Source of the DNA: Camelus dromedarius
Taxonomy: Eukaryota
Direction: 5' to 3'
Assembly: GCF_036321535.1 (NCBI RefSeq)
Contig: NC_087436.1
Location: 26,972,001-27,036,000 of the forward strand
Length of the DNA: 64,000 nucleotides
Positions 36,990-51,539 of the stretch are shown here, in pieces. The notes below the pieces were generated by a model, which was given only the letters and a program-made list of their open reading frames with translations, was not told where the DNA came from and searched no databases. The stretch's first letter is position 1, and each line of letters begins with the position of its first letter. The position numbers and the translations under genes were made by a program.

Positions 36990-37335
36990 AGTGGTAGGTA
37001 ATGAGTGTTTAGTGATAGATGCAGAGCTAAAAAAGATAAAAGAAGTTCCTGCTATCATGGGAGTTACATTGAAAACATTATAGAAATTGTCTATTATAAT
37101 AAAAATTATTAAAATATGTTTGATAAATGCTACCAAGGGTAACCACATGTTGTTCAGGGAGCATGTAATATAGAGGTCTAGATAATCCTTGGGAGATACA
37201 AATGAATACTTCGGGAAATCTTGATGGATAAGTCTAGTAAGGAAAAAGAAGCAGGATAATAGAGTCCCATAATAGCATGGTATTTTTGTGAAGGTCCTCA
37301 GGTAGAAAGAAGCTTAATGCTATTTGAGGATCTAA
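36990..37335 (-). mobile_element. L2 LINE remnant
   Basis: aagttcctgctatcatgggagttacatt...tgataaatgctacc...gaaggtcctcaggtagaaagaagctt resembles an antisense L2 3' region. Confidence 0.45.
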
Positions 37336-39756
37336 TTGGGTCTGTTCTTTAGGAAGATTATGAAGAATCCAAAAACTCAGTCAGAAATAGTATTTACCCA
37401 ATAAGACTCAAGAGTGCAAGCGCCATCCTAAATTATTCAATATTGTCTGTCTTAACAAGTGTACCTAAAATTTCCTTCTTAGAACTGAAGTATTGTGATC
37501 AGATAATGAACTTCAAACAATGACTTTTTAAACTTTAGTTCCTCAGAGTTAAAGAAATCCTTTTTTACTTAGATAAACTGCATTTTATTTTATTTTGAAT
37601 AATAAATATATTAATTACTTACATATACAATAAAAAATCACATAAAGTTTGAATCTAAAGTCAAATTTCACAATAACTTTTGTCATAAGAGTAAATATTA
37701 AAACTGATTTCTTTTTCTTCATTAAACATTAAAATTTTGATTTTAAAGTGGGGAGATTATTTTATAGGTTGAATTTAATTGTAATTGTAAAGTAGTATTT
37801 TTATGTCTTCTCTTTCTTAATGGTCATTTGTATTGATTTTTATGCTGAAGAATTTGTGGCTTATAATAGAGGTAGCTTTAAAAACCATCAAAGCAAATTA
37901 TACACTTAATATCCTGAAACAGTGTATTCTTAGATAAATTGAGCTCTGAGTATTCTTTACTTTCTGAATTCTGTTTATGCATTTGAATTTTGGCGAGTAT
38001 TCTTTTCTTAAATTATGATCCAACAGATTATATCTTAGTGTTCCCAAACTGTGTTGATTTCTGTTTCAAACATTAATTCTGTAACCTCAGAAAGAATATA
38101 AGCTTAGCTAAACACTTTCAAAACTCTAGAAAACTGAATGATGATCAGTATTTTAAATATAGGAAAAAAATACACTAGGCTATCTCAAATAAAGGCTAAG
38201 TAGGAAGTTAATATAGTCAGAAGGGTCATTTAGTCTCTATAGTACATTTTGTATTATTCTCTGATTCATTAAAAAAATGTTCTTTGGACAGATTAGAAAT
38301 TCAAAGCCCATTAAGGCCATTTTTATTAAACTATCTCTTATTTGTTACTTTAGGTTAAATTTCTTACTTGAAAATTAAATGTTATGTTGCTCCACACTTT
38401 GCTATTCTAGGTTAGCCCCTTGCTATCTAATAATTTTTAAAGAAAGAGAGAAAAAATAATTAATTAAAATTAATTATTTAAAAGAAAATATTTTAAAAAA
38501 GACAATGATGGCATAATACAATTTACATTTCAGTGTGATTATCCTAGATATTTAAAAGTAAATTAGCTTTTACTTTTAGACCTAAAAATTTTAAAGTCAA
38601 GTGCAGGGTAAATTGTAAGAAAGTGCAAATGATCATTCATTATTGATGGTAAAATATGCATGAATAGAAAAATCTTATGTTGTTTTAAAATTATTTCATC
38701 AACCAATGTCATTTAATTATTGTTTGGTATTATTGTATGTAAAGAGAGATTTGACATAGATAAATCAAAATTGAACTTCCAACATTTGGCTTAAATTACT
38801 GAATAATTAAAATATAAAATATAAAATATAAAACATATGTATCCAGGATATAAACCTGATTACTAATTTTAAAATAAGATAATATTCAAGCATATTCTGT
38901 GTTCATAATCTGTATCTACATAAAATAACAGCTTTTAATTTGTGATAATTCTGGCCAAAACCATAGTTCTGTGAAATGAAATGAATATTAAACTTGAGTA
39001 TTAGTTGAAGTATTTTATATTACTGATTTATTTTGGACATTATTGCTCCTTATAACAAGTGAAGAAAGCTCTGTTTCAAACAAATAAGTATATTTAACAA
39101 AATATATTTATGCAACACAAATACATTCATTTGCCAAGGTTTCTCCTTGGTGTTTAATCCACAAATGTTAGTAAGATATTAGCATATTAATCAACTGCCA
39201 TTTATAAGTGTAATTAATGAATAAAGTATGTAACCACTGTGCTTAACTGTATTTTGAAATAGATCATTATTCTAGATAGAGCACAGTGCTTTCAGTATGA
39301 ACATATGATTAGTTGTGGAATAGGTATCAGTTTACGCTCCCTAGAAAGGGCTATTGATGCTTATTTGGTTTTGAAAACTTACAAGACGGTCTTGTGTAAG
39401 TCCAGAAATACACAAAGAAACATGCTCACACACAGCCCTGACATATATAAGCATATAATTATCCTTACCAGGTAAATGTACACAATTCTTATTTTCTTTT
39501 GAAGCCATTCTGCCTTAACTTTGAACAAGATATACATAATACTGATCAATTTTAAACTTTCACTCATTTAGAGCTATATATCCCCCCGTATCATTTAGAG
39601 GTACATATTTGTGGTGTGTGTGTGGGTGTGTGTACATTTGTATAAGTTTGTGTATATGCATATTTATTTAAGCATATACATACATACATAGAAAAATACT
39701 CTGAAAGATTTTATAATGATTTTTATATCTGTTCAAATTTTTAATCCTTATATGCT

Positions 39757-40319
39757 GTATTTTTTTCTATTACAGAATAACAAATCACTACAAACACAGC
39801 ACTTAAAACAACACACATTTATCTCACTATTTCTGAAAGGTAGGGAAACTGGGCATGGATTTCCTGTGTCCTTTGCTCAAAATCCTACAAGAAGTACATC
39901 AAAGTGATGGCTTGGGCTGTGATCTCATCTAATGTTTGTGTTCCTCAAGCTCATTTAGTTTTTGGCAAAATCATTTCTCTGCAATTGTAGGAATAAAGTG
40001 TCCATATTTTTTTTCTGCCTGCTGAGAACTGCTCTCAGCATCTAGACCCTAGCTACTTGACTGTCTTACTACATGGCAGGTAGATTACTTCTTTAAAGAC
40101 AGGAATCTCTCTCCTCTCCTATATAATAGACAGGAGTCTTTGTGATATAATGAAGAGGATGATTATACCATCATTTTTGCCATAAATGGTAATAATCAAA
40201 GGAACTTCTATCCCATTATATTCATAGGCTGTTTCATAGTCAAGAAGAGGAAATTATGCAGAACAAAGTACCCCAGAAGAGAGAAATCCCAGAGGCCACC
40301 TTAGAATTCTGCCTATTTA
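39757..40319 (-). mobile_element. MaLR solo LTR (MLT1E/F-like)
   Basis: taacaaatcactacaaacacagcacttaaaacaacacacatttatctcac...gggctgtgatctcatct...ggccaccttagaattctgcctat. Confidence 0.82.
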
Positions 40320-42359
40320 TGTGGCTGGAGATGTTTTTTGTTTGTTTGTTTTTTTGCATAGATGCTGAGGAAAATGGCTAAGTTAATGAGATAATCTTTA
40401 AAAACCTCCCTGAAAAAAAAAACCAAACAATTGTATAATTACTATTTTGCACTATATTTGGCTATACTATTGTACATTCATCTATTAATCATCTACACAA
40501 AAGAAAAGGAGTGATAGTTGGTAGTTTGGGCTATCTGAAGTTACCCTATTTTTCATGGATTCCACAGTGCAGATCAAGTGAATTCAAGAGAACAAGTGAA
40601 TAGGGTTATTTTTCCTTGCTTTTTGTAGGAATGAAAATGCTTTCCGAAATTCCGGTGGCAGATTCTGACTGTGTCTTTTTCTAAGCCCTCTGTAATGGAG
40701 TAGATTTGAAATTCTTTTGTGGCATCAAATCCCAGCTGCCTGAAACCACCTGCCTTTATAGAAGAAGAGAGCTTAGGTGAATGAGAGGATACCTGAAAGG
40801 GATGTTTTGTTATGAAAATACCAATAATTTTAATGTGAAATGATCCAAAGCTATCAACCCAATGGTATCATATAGAACATATGAAAAAATTTTAAAAGGC
40901 AACTAGAAAGTACTTATTAATATGTAGATACTGTTAATTCATACTATTCCAAGGGTAAAGCATCATATATTTCAATTTTGTAATGCATTTATTTAAGGGG
41001 GTGGTGATTATAGTTTCATTATGACAAAAATTGACTAAAAATATGCTATCAAAATAAACCCAGTTATTAAGTATGTGTAATATAATTAAAATAGGATAAT
41101 AGGTTAAAAGCACTAGCCCTAGTAACCAAAATTATTATTGCTGCTATTTCTAGTTTATAGAATGTCTTTTTTTCAGAACTAATGTCTTGATTCAGTAAGA
41201 AATAACCAGAGAACATCAAAACTATTTGCGGCATTAATGTCATGAAATACAGGGCAGATTCAACTTGTTAGTAAGAGATAAAAGTTGCATGAAAGTTTAT
41301 AGATTTTAAAAGCTAAATTAATCTCATAATCCCAAAATCCACTCGTTTACCTTGTCCATTTATTTATGTACCTGAAAACAGATACTGTGAGAGAGAGACA
41401 AAGGAAAAGTTTGAGAAAATATCATGTGTTTGCATACATATGTTTGGAATACAAGGAAGTTAGGACAGTACACACTTATAATTTCCACTAAAGTAGCAAA
41501 AGTTTATTTTGAATATCTTTGCATATTTTGATATATCATATCCCTCATAAACAAAGTATTGTTTGAGTTTATTATTCTGTTCCTCAGACAGCATTGTGTT
41601 ATACATGATCAAAAGTTATCTCATTAAAGAGTGACAGTACTTTTGCATTAGTTGTACTCAAAGCTTCCTTGGGCATTATACCAAAGAAAAAGCAAATGAC
41701 AGTTGGTGTCAACACTAAACAGCTTAGGGCAAACTATTTTCTCAAAACCTATGTAATTTAATTGAAATGCAATATTTCATGAATATTAGAAAACTAGGGA
41801 TTATTAAAAATGGCAAGGAAAAGTGAATGCATGACTGTTTAGAGTAACAAGCAATACAAATTTATTCATTTGACACATCGCTGAATTATTTAAAACTCAG
41901 CCTAAGCACAAGGTCATGGAATAATTTTGGCAAGTAGGCATTTTGCATGATGCATTTCCATAATTCCCCTGCATCTATAAAGTTGATCACAACTTTGGCA
42001 TGGAGACATTTTCCTTGTAGTTACAAAGCCAGATAAAGTCTTTGATTCAAAATTAGAGCCAAAGCAAACTATTAGCACTTGACATAGAAAAAATATGTAT
42101 TTATGTATGAAGGGAAGAAAGTCCTAAAATTTGTGTTAATTTTATACTATTTTATGTTAGAATGTTAAGAAGCAACTTTAAAACTTGCAAACAAAGTGAA
42201 AGAAAATTGAAATCCCTATATACTTCTTAATTTTAATTTGACACCAAAATAAAAGTGATGTGTAGAATAAATATTAAATTCTCAGATCAAACTTCCACAC
42301 AGAAGACTTTAAACAAAACTTGTTAGTCAAGTAACTGAAGTAATACTTACAGTTTTTCA

Positions 42360-44195
42360 TTTCTGTTGCTGTTTTTTTGACTTAGGACATTTCCTTTTGA
42401 TTCTTTCTTAGTGTCTCCTCTCTGCTCACATTACCCATCTTTTCTTGCAGTGGGGTCTACTTTTTCCGTTAGAGTTCTTAGATATTAATAATAGTTATTT
42501 TTAATTCCTGGTCTGATAATTCCAACATTTCTGTCGTTATCTGTATTTGGGTTATGATGCTTGCTCTGTCTCTTCAAAAAGTGCCTTCTTTTCTTTTAGT
42601 GAGCCTTTTAAATTTTTGTTGAAAGCTGCATGTGACATATTGGTTGAAAGAAACTAAGGTATATAGGCCTTTATTGTGAAGTTTGTGTTTATCTGACTAG
42701 AGGTTAGCTGTTTTTATCATTTGCCGTATCTGTAGCTGTCAGAGGCTAAAATTTCCTGTTGTGTCCTTATTTTTGTCTCCTCTGTCATATTTGGGTTTCC
42801 CTAGAGATTTCTTCTCAAATCAGTTCTTTCAGTTGTATCTCCCTGTGATTATACAGGAGCATTGTTGATGTGCAGGTAAGATGTGGGGGAGGGAAAGCAT
42901 ACTATAATCCTATGGTTAGGTTTAGTCTCTTAGTGGTCCTGTGCCCCTGGGCTGTGACCTTCAGAAGTACTTATCCACCCCACTCTACCCCTACTCCCCC
43001 AACCTGGATGAGACAGGAAGGCTAGATGGGGCTGGAGTTGTGTATTACCCTTCTTATAGGCTGCTTAGGCTCTGAAAAAATCCCAGTTGGTTGAGCTCTG
43101 ATTAAAATGAAGTTTCTCTTGATGGAAGTCCTGGTTAAGAAAAAGAAAAAAGTGTTGTAGGCTTATTTTGAAATGAATTCTTTCCTCCTTCCTGTGCTGA
43201 GAGCAAGAGGGTATTTTTCTCTGCTCTTCACTGTAAGAACTTGGTAGGGCTCTTAGAGGTGAAATTCACAAAAATATGAGAGACTCCCCTAAGACTGGAT
43301 GCTCCATAGAGTTTTTACCTCTCAGACTTATTCACACTGGACCTCCAACAATTCATCAATTACACGTTAGATATTGCTACCCCTACTGGTTCCCAAGGAG
43401 ATTTGTTCTGGAATTCTGCTCTGGTAAATTGTCATTCCCGGTATCTGCCGGTTCTCTCAAATTAGGAGGAAGCAGTGGTTTGCACTGTGACCTCCATTCC
43501 CTGATGGATATTAGAAAGTTGATTTTCAGTTTGTTCAGCTTTTCCTTTGTATGAATGGGAGTGATGACCTTTAAGTTCCTCATATGCTGGACTGAAAACC
43601 AACAGAAAAAAATAATTGTTTTAACTTTTTCCCATCCTCTTAGGTAAGACAGCCATGCTAGAAGGGATAGGAATTGGTTAATTCTTCTTCTATCAATTCA
43701 GGTAAGCTTCTGATAAAGTAGTTTCCCTAGCAGTGTTGGCATTTGTTATGGAGAATATTCCAAGAATACTTCAAAATAATTATGTTTGCCCTCTTCTTCA
43801 TGGAAATGTGAGGGGAGATTTCTTAGACCTTCAATATGAGAATCTGGTGGGATTCATGGAGGTAAAAAGCCACAAAAGTGTTGGAGGAACCTTGAGACTG
43901 GACCAGGAGTTTCTTATTCTCAAAATAGTCCACATTCAGCCTCCAACAAGTCATTAAATTACTATTTAAGTGTTCCTATCAGCTAATGGCTCCAGCCACT
44001 TCTGACTCAGGCATTGATCATCTCAGCTGTGATCCTCAGTATGCACATTTTCTCCAGATTTTGCAGTAGGATTTTGCCTGTGACCTCAAAACTTTGATGG
44101 ATCTAAGAAAAATCATTGACTTTTCATTTGTTCAAGTTTAAATTTGTTGTAACATTGAGTGATGACTTCCAGGCTCTTTATATTTTAAAGCTGAA
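42360..44195 (-). mobile_element. Old L1 5' region (L1M3/L1M4-type) with two ~600-nt tandem monomers
   Basis: cctggtctgataattccaacat motif, then two diverged units (~43000-43600 and ~43620-44195) sharing cctccaacaa..cat.aatta, tgtgacctc and ttgttca. Confidence 0.75.
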
Positions 44196-44380
44196 GCCAC
44201 ATGTGTACATTTATAGGTCATTTATATTAACTTCCTGAGCTCTTCTCATTTATGTCCTTTAACAGTGTTTGATATTTTCACATTTTATTATCAATTTTTA
44301 AATTCTCTTTCATACCAACTAAATTAGCTACAATGAAGTACATAAATTGTTTTAAATTTAGCTTTTGGTTTTGAAGTAAA

Positions 44381-44382
<2 letters not shown>

Positions 44383-44414
<32 letters not shown>

Positions 44415-44430
44415 TGTGTATGTGTATGCG
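44383..44430. repeat. (TG)n microsatellite
   Basis: (TG)14 perfect at 44383-44410, then an imperfect extension. Confidence 0.95.
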
Positions 44431-44659
44431 TATTCCTCAACATTTCCAGAGGCTTCAGTCATAGAAGTCAAAGCATGTAAGGGATTCTGGCTAAATCTTC
44501 TTCTCCAATGCTTGAAAATGCTTCCAGGGTGTCTTCATCTATAGAGCTTTCACGGGAGAAATATGAGAACCATCAAAGTCTTAATTTTATGAATTCAAAT
44601 TTCTCAATCTCATTTTTCATGAGTTTTAGATTGGTGCTAGTTTAGGAAGGCCTGTGTAG

Positions 44660-46172
44660 ATTTTTATTTTTATTTTATTATTTATTTTTATTATTGTTAT
44701 TATTAATCAAGATAATAAACATATCCAACAATTCCAAGTATTTCTCATGGCCCATTGTAATCCTGTCTCTTACCCCTAATTACCTCATCAATCTACTGGA
44801 AACCATTGATCTACTCTATAGGTTAGCTTGTATTTTCTGGAAATTTGTATAAAAGAAATTATACAGTATGTAATTTTTTCTTGTTTATTTCATCAGTATA
44901 ATTTTACAATTTATCCATGTTCACTCATATATCAGTAGTTAATTATTTTCTGTTGTTTTTGCTGAGTAGCATTTTATTTTAATATTAGAAAGTACATTCA
45001 CCTATCAGTAGACAGTTGTGTTGTTTCTAGTTTGGGGCTATTACAAATAAAGCTATTATGAATATTTGTTTACAAATCTGAATATGGACATTAACTTTTA
45101 TTTCTCTTAGATAAAGGGAAGAATAGTAGAATAGCTAGGTCATGTGGTAGAGGAATATTTATCTATTTAAGAAACTGCTAAACTGTTTTTCAAAGTGATT
45201 ATTCCTTTTCAAAGTTCAGCCTACAGGTGGTGATAGTTGCAGTTGCTCCACAGCCTCATCAGCACTTGATATTATCAATCTTTTTTTAATTTAGACACTT
45301 TAATAGGATTTTAATGTTTTTCAATGTGAATTTAATTTGCATTTTTATAATAATAATGTTAAGCATTCATAGATTTCTTATTTGCCAACTGCGCTTATTC
45401 CTTGGTGCATTATTAGTGCATATCCTTTGCAAACATTTTTATTTGGGTTGTTGTATCATTGTTATTGAGAGTTCTTTGAAAGCTGGATACATATTTTATT
45501 TTTTATTTATCAGATATTTGATCTGTAAATGTATTTACCAGTCTATCACTTATTATTTCATTCTCTCAATAGTTTTTCTCAGGGAGAAGTTCTTATTTGT
45601 TATGTGGTTCAATTTATCATATTTTTCTTTGATAGATCATGCTTTGGAGTTGTAGCTGAGAAATTTTTGCCTATTCTAACTTCACAGAGATTTTCTTACT
45701 ATGTTATATTCTAGAAATTTTATAAAGTTAGGTTTTACATTTTAGTTTATAATCAGTTTGATTTTATTTGTGAACATCTTATAAGGCAGATTAAAGTTTA
45801 TTTATCTTTATATTTTCATCCAAATCATGAAGCACTATTTATTTGAAAGAATATCCTTTTGTCCACTGAAATGACTTTGAATGTTTAGCAAAAATCAATT
45901 GACCCTTTATATGTGGGTGTATTTCTGGACTGTCTTTTCTGTTCTATTGATCTATTTTTCTATCTTGACACTAATACTACACTCCCTTGTTTAATACATT
46001 TTTATAATAAATCTTGAGGTTAGGTAGTATAAGTCTTCCAAGTTTTCTCTTCTTTTCAAAGTTGTTATGGCAAATCTAGGTTTTTAGCACTTCAGTAAGA
46101 ATTTTTAAATGTTTCTGTTTCTTAAAATAAGGTGTGCTGAAATTTTGATTGGAATTCCCTTCAGTTTGTATA
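44660..46172 (-). mobile_element. Old L1 3' end and ORF2 tail (L1MD/L1ME-like)
   Basis: T-rich tail, ttgtttctagtttggggctattacaaataaagct, aagaaactgctaaactgtttttcaaagtg, ttctggactgtcttttctgttctattg. Confidence 0.85.
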
Positions 46173-46173
46173 T

Positions 46174-46325
46174 CAGGATATAACAAGTGGAAGTTTATGA
46201 CTCAAATCTACCTACCATAAATTTTTGTAAATAAAATTTTATTGGAACTTAGTCACTTCTGCTCTTTATATGCTGTCCGCAGCTTCCTTCATGCTACAGT
46301 GGGCAGAGTTGAGTAGTAGATATGA
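46174..46325 (+). mobile_element. MER58-like hAT-Charlie DNA transposon fragment
   Basis: tttttgtaaataaaattttattggaac...tcatgctaca.tgg.cagagttgagtagt is the MER58 core. Confidence 0.72.
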
Positions 46326-47349
46326 TCATTATTCTTAGATTTTTTTTAAATGATTTTGATAATTATAGTGGACATAATTTTCTTTAGTTATATATTAAAC
46401 CAATAATTATATCAGTGATAAATTGAATAATTAAATGTTAATCAGCACTTCCTTAAACTTTCCTTATGGTTCTAATAATTTCTAGAGGATATTCCAACAT
46501 TCTCTAAAAGTATTAAATAATAAAGTTTGAAATAGGTATCTAATTTTTGTTCCTGAAACTCAGGCATCTTGTCATTTTGTTAAACTCAATGCCGACAGTA
46601 ATGAGAAAATTTATACAAAGATGATAGAGGGATAGGTGGATAATGCCAAGAAAGATTACTCATTCACTTTTATGCTACAGTAATTCAGTAATTAGAAATT
46701 AATAGTAAAATATCAAGATACCTTACAAATTTCTTTTGACATAATTATATAGTTTTCCACATCCAAATATTTATATAGACAAGTATATTTATTGCATTTT
46801 TATTAATGAAAATTCTTGGCACGCCTTAAATCCTTATTGGTTATAAGGTATTTTTCTTTCAAAAACATTCTGGATTTTCTTTCTAGACTTTTAATTTTAA
46901 TTTAGTATTTATTTTAACATTTTATTTAATATTTATTTATTGATATTTTTAATGAAATTGATAACAATTGTAACCATGTATTAACTTTGTCATTTTTTAC
47001 TCTACAGTGGATTCATAAAATCAATTTGAAGTCTATAAAATCTGAACTAATTTAATGACACTGAAATTTTTATACTTTAAATATTTTGAACTAATTTACC
47101 TGTGAAAGGATCATTCTTTTGCTTTTTTATAGGAAAATCCTGAAAGTATAATTTATTCTAAGACTGTTCTATTATTTCTGTTTCTCCTTTTTATGATTAA
47201 CTTGCAAGGATTTCCCCCAACCCCCTTGCCAGATTTTGTGTTTCAATGAGATTATCCAATTTATAATTAATGGTTATACATCATATTACATTTATTTAAT
47301 TTCTACTCTCTTCTTATTGCTTTGTGATTTTTCGAGATTCTATTAGTAT

Positions 47350-48490
47350 ATTTTTCTCTGACTCAGAGATTCTTTCCTCAGCAGTGTTCAGTTTACTAAT
47401 AAGCCCATCAATGGAGTTCTTTGCTTTTGTCAGTGTTTTCTACCTCTAGCATTTTTTTTCCTCCTTAGGATTTCCATCTCTCTGGTTTCATTGTTTATCT
47501 GTTCTTGCACTCTATCTACTTTACCCACTAGAACTCATTGTATTAATCATAGTTGTTTTAAATTCTTAGTCTGATAATTTCAACATCTCTGCCATTTCTG
47601 TTGCTTGCTGTCTCTTCACATTGTATTTTTTGGTTTTTGTATAGATTGTAAATTTTTTCTTAATAGCTGAACATGATGTACCAGGTAAAAGGAACTACTG
47701 TAAATAGGCCTTTAAGTATGTGGTGATGAGATGTGGATGCAGGGAAGCATTTTCTAACCCTGTTATTAGATCTCAGTCTTCTGTTCAGTGAACTGTCTCT
47801 GGACTGTGAACTTCATAAATTTTTCTCCATTTTTTTCTCCTTGTTTAGCTGGGATGGGATGACTACAGTGGGTTGGACTTGGGTATTTTTCTTCTACTAT
47901 GTTGGAGGCTAGACCAGCTAGAGTTGGTTATTTTCCTCCCACAGGTCACTTAGGCTCTGATAATAACCCCAGCAGTTTGGGCTCTGGATAACTAGTTTTA
48001 CATGACGGCAGGCCTTGCTAGAGGGACAGAGTGCTCTGTATTTAAAAATGGTTCCATCCCCTCTCCCCTTGGAGGAAGCCCTGGAAGATTTGTCTCCAGT
48101 ATTTACTGTGGTAATCTAGTTGAGCTGCCAAATGTAAATCTCACAATATTGCATGTCTCCCCCCATGACCAGGTCCCCATGGAGTTTTTATCTCTTAGAT
48201 TGTTCACTCCGAGCCTCCAGCAATTTGTCAATTCTAGTTCAGGTTGTCCTACCCAGGCACTGGCTCCATGGTACTTTCTACTCAAAAGTTTCTCCTCGTA
48301 ATAAGCGGACACTCCCTATACTCACCTATCCATCTCTCTAATCTTGGGAAAAGCAGTATTCCCTGTTTCCTTCCCTCTCTTTTGCATTGAAAAACAGTTG
48401 TTTGTTTTTCAGTCTGTTCAGTTCTTCAATGAGCAGTTAAGCTGGAGTGGAGATTTTCAAGCTTCTTACACTTGGAACTAGAAACCTTCA
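47350..48490 (-). mobile_element. Second old L1 5' region related to 42360-44195
   Basis: Shares tctgataatt.caacat.tctg, aggaacta..gtaaataggccttta and gagtttttatctcttaga...cctccagcaattt with the 42-44 kb copy. Confidence 0.75.
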
Positions 48491-49799
48491 ATTCTCATAA
48501 AGATGTCTCATCACGAATAATACCATCTAAACAGGTTGACAGTTCCATTGGTTTTTGAGAGCTTCCCCTTGTTATTCAAGCAAAATTTTTTTATTTCCTT
48601 TTGCTTCAGAACATCAGCTATAGAGTGCTTCCCTAGCAGACACTAGTAGTTTTTAACTTCTCCAGCAACTTTTAAATTGTTCACTTCTACTGAGTTTGTG
48701 AATCATTTTCCCAAGCATACCATCTCCATCAAGGAGGCCAAAATTTAGGCATAATGGAATTTCTTTTTGTACTAGTTTTATATTTTATCTATACTTTTAA
48801 TTCCACATATTCAGGATTATGTCTACAACATGTCTTCTTTTAAAATTACACTGATATTCTTGTTGTTACTAAGATATGGTCAATTTTCATTGTTTCAAAA
48901 TAGTGTATTTACAGATTTCATGGCTTCATCTTTATGTATTTTCACCAATTTTATTTAGTTACGTTTCTTAGTAAATATGTTTAGTAATCTGACATGTTGT
49001 ATATTTTTATGTCTTAAATATTTCATTTATTAAATAAAAATTTAAGTGTCTTGCTTTAAATTAAGATAAAAAAAGAAAAAAATTCCAAATATCCCAACAT
49101 AAATGACAGATTTTCTTTTTCTTGATGAGTATACACAGTAAATATAAATATAGACCCAGACATATGCATGCATATCAGTTGGTGTATAAATTAATATTTT
49201 TATACACAATACTAGTAAATAAAAAGTGTCAATAAAAAGGAATAGGCTCTTCAAATGCATTAGTTTGTGTTACATTTTAACTAATATAAATTATTGATTA
49301 ATGTTTTGGAAATATTTTGAAAAATTACCACAGTATTTCTATTAGAGACAGTGTTCATAAACTTCACAAATATATTAGTATTACACTCTCCATAAATTCC
49401 CTATTTAGCTGTACCCAGAGCCAAACCACTCATATTTTGATTTTTTGTCTGTTCTAGTGAATCTATGGGATTTTAATTACTTTACAGATGATTATCTTGA
49501 GTGATAATAATATAGACTTTAGCCTAATTAACAGATTTGTTAATTGTGTTATTATGTTTACAAACATTAGATGAAATTTGATTTTAGTCAGACTACACGA
49601 TTGTGTTTTTAAGAGTAAAATATTTCTTGTTTTTAGTCAGTTTTGGTAATAGAGTGAAAATTATTTATTTCCACTTATCTGAACATAGAAGTTAACTATT
49701 CATATGATACGATATTTCCATTTCTGATTTTTCAATAATCACTATCCAACTAATTTTATATAAATCAGCATTCATCTTAATTCTTTTTTGGCAAAAGAT

Positions 49800-50300
49800 A
49801 TTTTGTAAGAATTGCAGGGAAACTACCAAAATGATCCCATATGTTTGCATCACCACAATGGATTAATCTCAAAACTTCTGGAAGCCACAGCCTAAGATTT
49901 CAACTGGCTGTGTCTATATATTGCTAGAGAATGAGAGTCCCTTCTCTTCCATCTTCTAAATTTGCACTGTCAGTTTCTATTTTGGGAACATATTGGAAAG
50001 GAATTTGGGGAAATGCATTTTCAAGCTTGTCTCACATGATATAGTAAAGCAGGTAGGTGACAGAAATGATGTTGAACTGTCAACATTTTATGTTAGCATG
50101 GCCATACCCTTTGTGACCTCATACAAACATTTATCTGTATTAAAGCTATTAAACATCAACAACCCTGTCATTCCTCTACCTAATACTATCAACTCATTTA
50201 TAGTACAATAAACAATATGCTTACTGTCTCTAAAATTATGAGTACATGATTCCATAAATCTCTTTATCCATATCTGGAGTGTTTTACCTTACTAAACTCA
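49800..50300 (-). mobile_element. Old MaLR LTR (MLT1H-like) plus adjoining internal fragment
   Basis: ggaaaggaatttggggaaatgcattttcaagc...gatgttgaactgtcaaca followed by PPT-like catacccttt. Confidence 0.45.
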
Positions 50301-50749
50301 GTCTCACTATCCCTTTGATATCTCTTCTAAATACTAAAATACAAAGTTAAATATATGCAGATAAATTTTAAGTAAAAGGGTAGGATGAAGGCAGAGGGGG
50401 AAAATTGGTTAATATACACAAACATACAATTTTTTCTATTAAGCTGCAAAGAGAGAGCTTTCTATGAGATCATAGAAAATATTGAAAAAAATGGGGAGCA
50501 TTGAAGCAGGAGTAGGTTCAGTGGATTCTTCACCACTTATTTAAGCAACTACTTGTTCCTTCAGAACGACTGAGAATTCAACTTCTTATCAAAAAGAGAG
50601 TCCTGCTACATACCACAAATTTAGTGTAAAGTAGGGATTATGTCCATATTATGATAGGTAACTGAGGTTCATGGGTCTTGTAAAGCATTCAGTCTCCATA
50701 AGGGCTCAGTGGTAAATTGATTTCTGTTTTTAAAAAAGAGAATGTCTTT

Positions 50750-51365
50750 TCTCGAGAAGAGAACAAGAATCTTCTCTAAAGCCCTAAGAGTCTGTGCTGT
50801 GATATTCCTACCAGTAATTGGAAGATATTTCATAAAGTTTTCTTATCTTCCAGAGAAACTTGAAATAGGATCAGATAGGGATACACTGGATCGTTTGGTC
50901 AAAGAAGCAGAAGAGCTCACATTGCATTCTGAAACTGATAAGAGCCTTTTTTTTAAAAAACTCTGCATCCTATTCAAAATTGAAAGCTGAACAGTTCACT
51001 CCAGTTAAATCTGGGGAAGGAGATCCCAGGCAGAGGAAATAGCACATGCAAATTTGGTTTTGTCACTTTTACTGTCCAAAGGGGCCAGTCAACATCTGTT
51101 TCTTGTTTTGTTTGTTTTTGTGTTACAGGGTACACGGTGTAGCAACTGGTTCTTAATTGTGGAGCAAACACCTCAACATGCTCAAGATCATGTATTAAAA
51201 TAACTCCTCTTAGTCTTAAGTCCCTGCATGACTATGATGACAGTTTCCCATAGAGCTGTTTTGGATATTTAATGTGGACAAAAGATAAACCTTTATTATG
51301 ATAATTAAATGAAATTTTAGATTTGTATGCTAATTTATCAAAGCCTAGCTTATCTTGAGTGATAT
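50750..51365 (+). mobile_element. Old MaLR LTR (MLT1G/H/I-like)
   Basis: 3' end ataaacctttattatg...aaagcctagcttatcttgagtgatata; left boundary uncertain. Confidence 0.45.
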
Positions 51366-51539
51366 AAATGCAATGAGAACATTGAGAGCTTTCTGTTTTA
51401 TACTTACGAAGTATGTTTATTCTTGTACTGAATTTTTATTCAGGGCTTAGTTTCTCTTTCAGGGCACTCTGTTTGGAGCAGTGAAAAAAAAGAGACAGAG
51501 AGAACCATAAGAAAGAGACAGAAACAGAGACAGAGATAT

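Noticed and set aside
39469..39518. Possible 50-nt minus-strand exon encoding MASKENKNCVHLP before CTG|GTAAGG
   Set aside because: Mediocre acceptor, unrecognised peptide and no supporting promoter; cannot be distinguished from a pseudo-exon.
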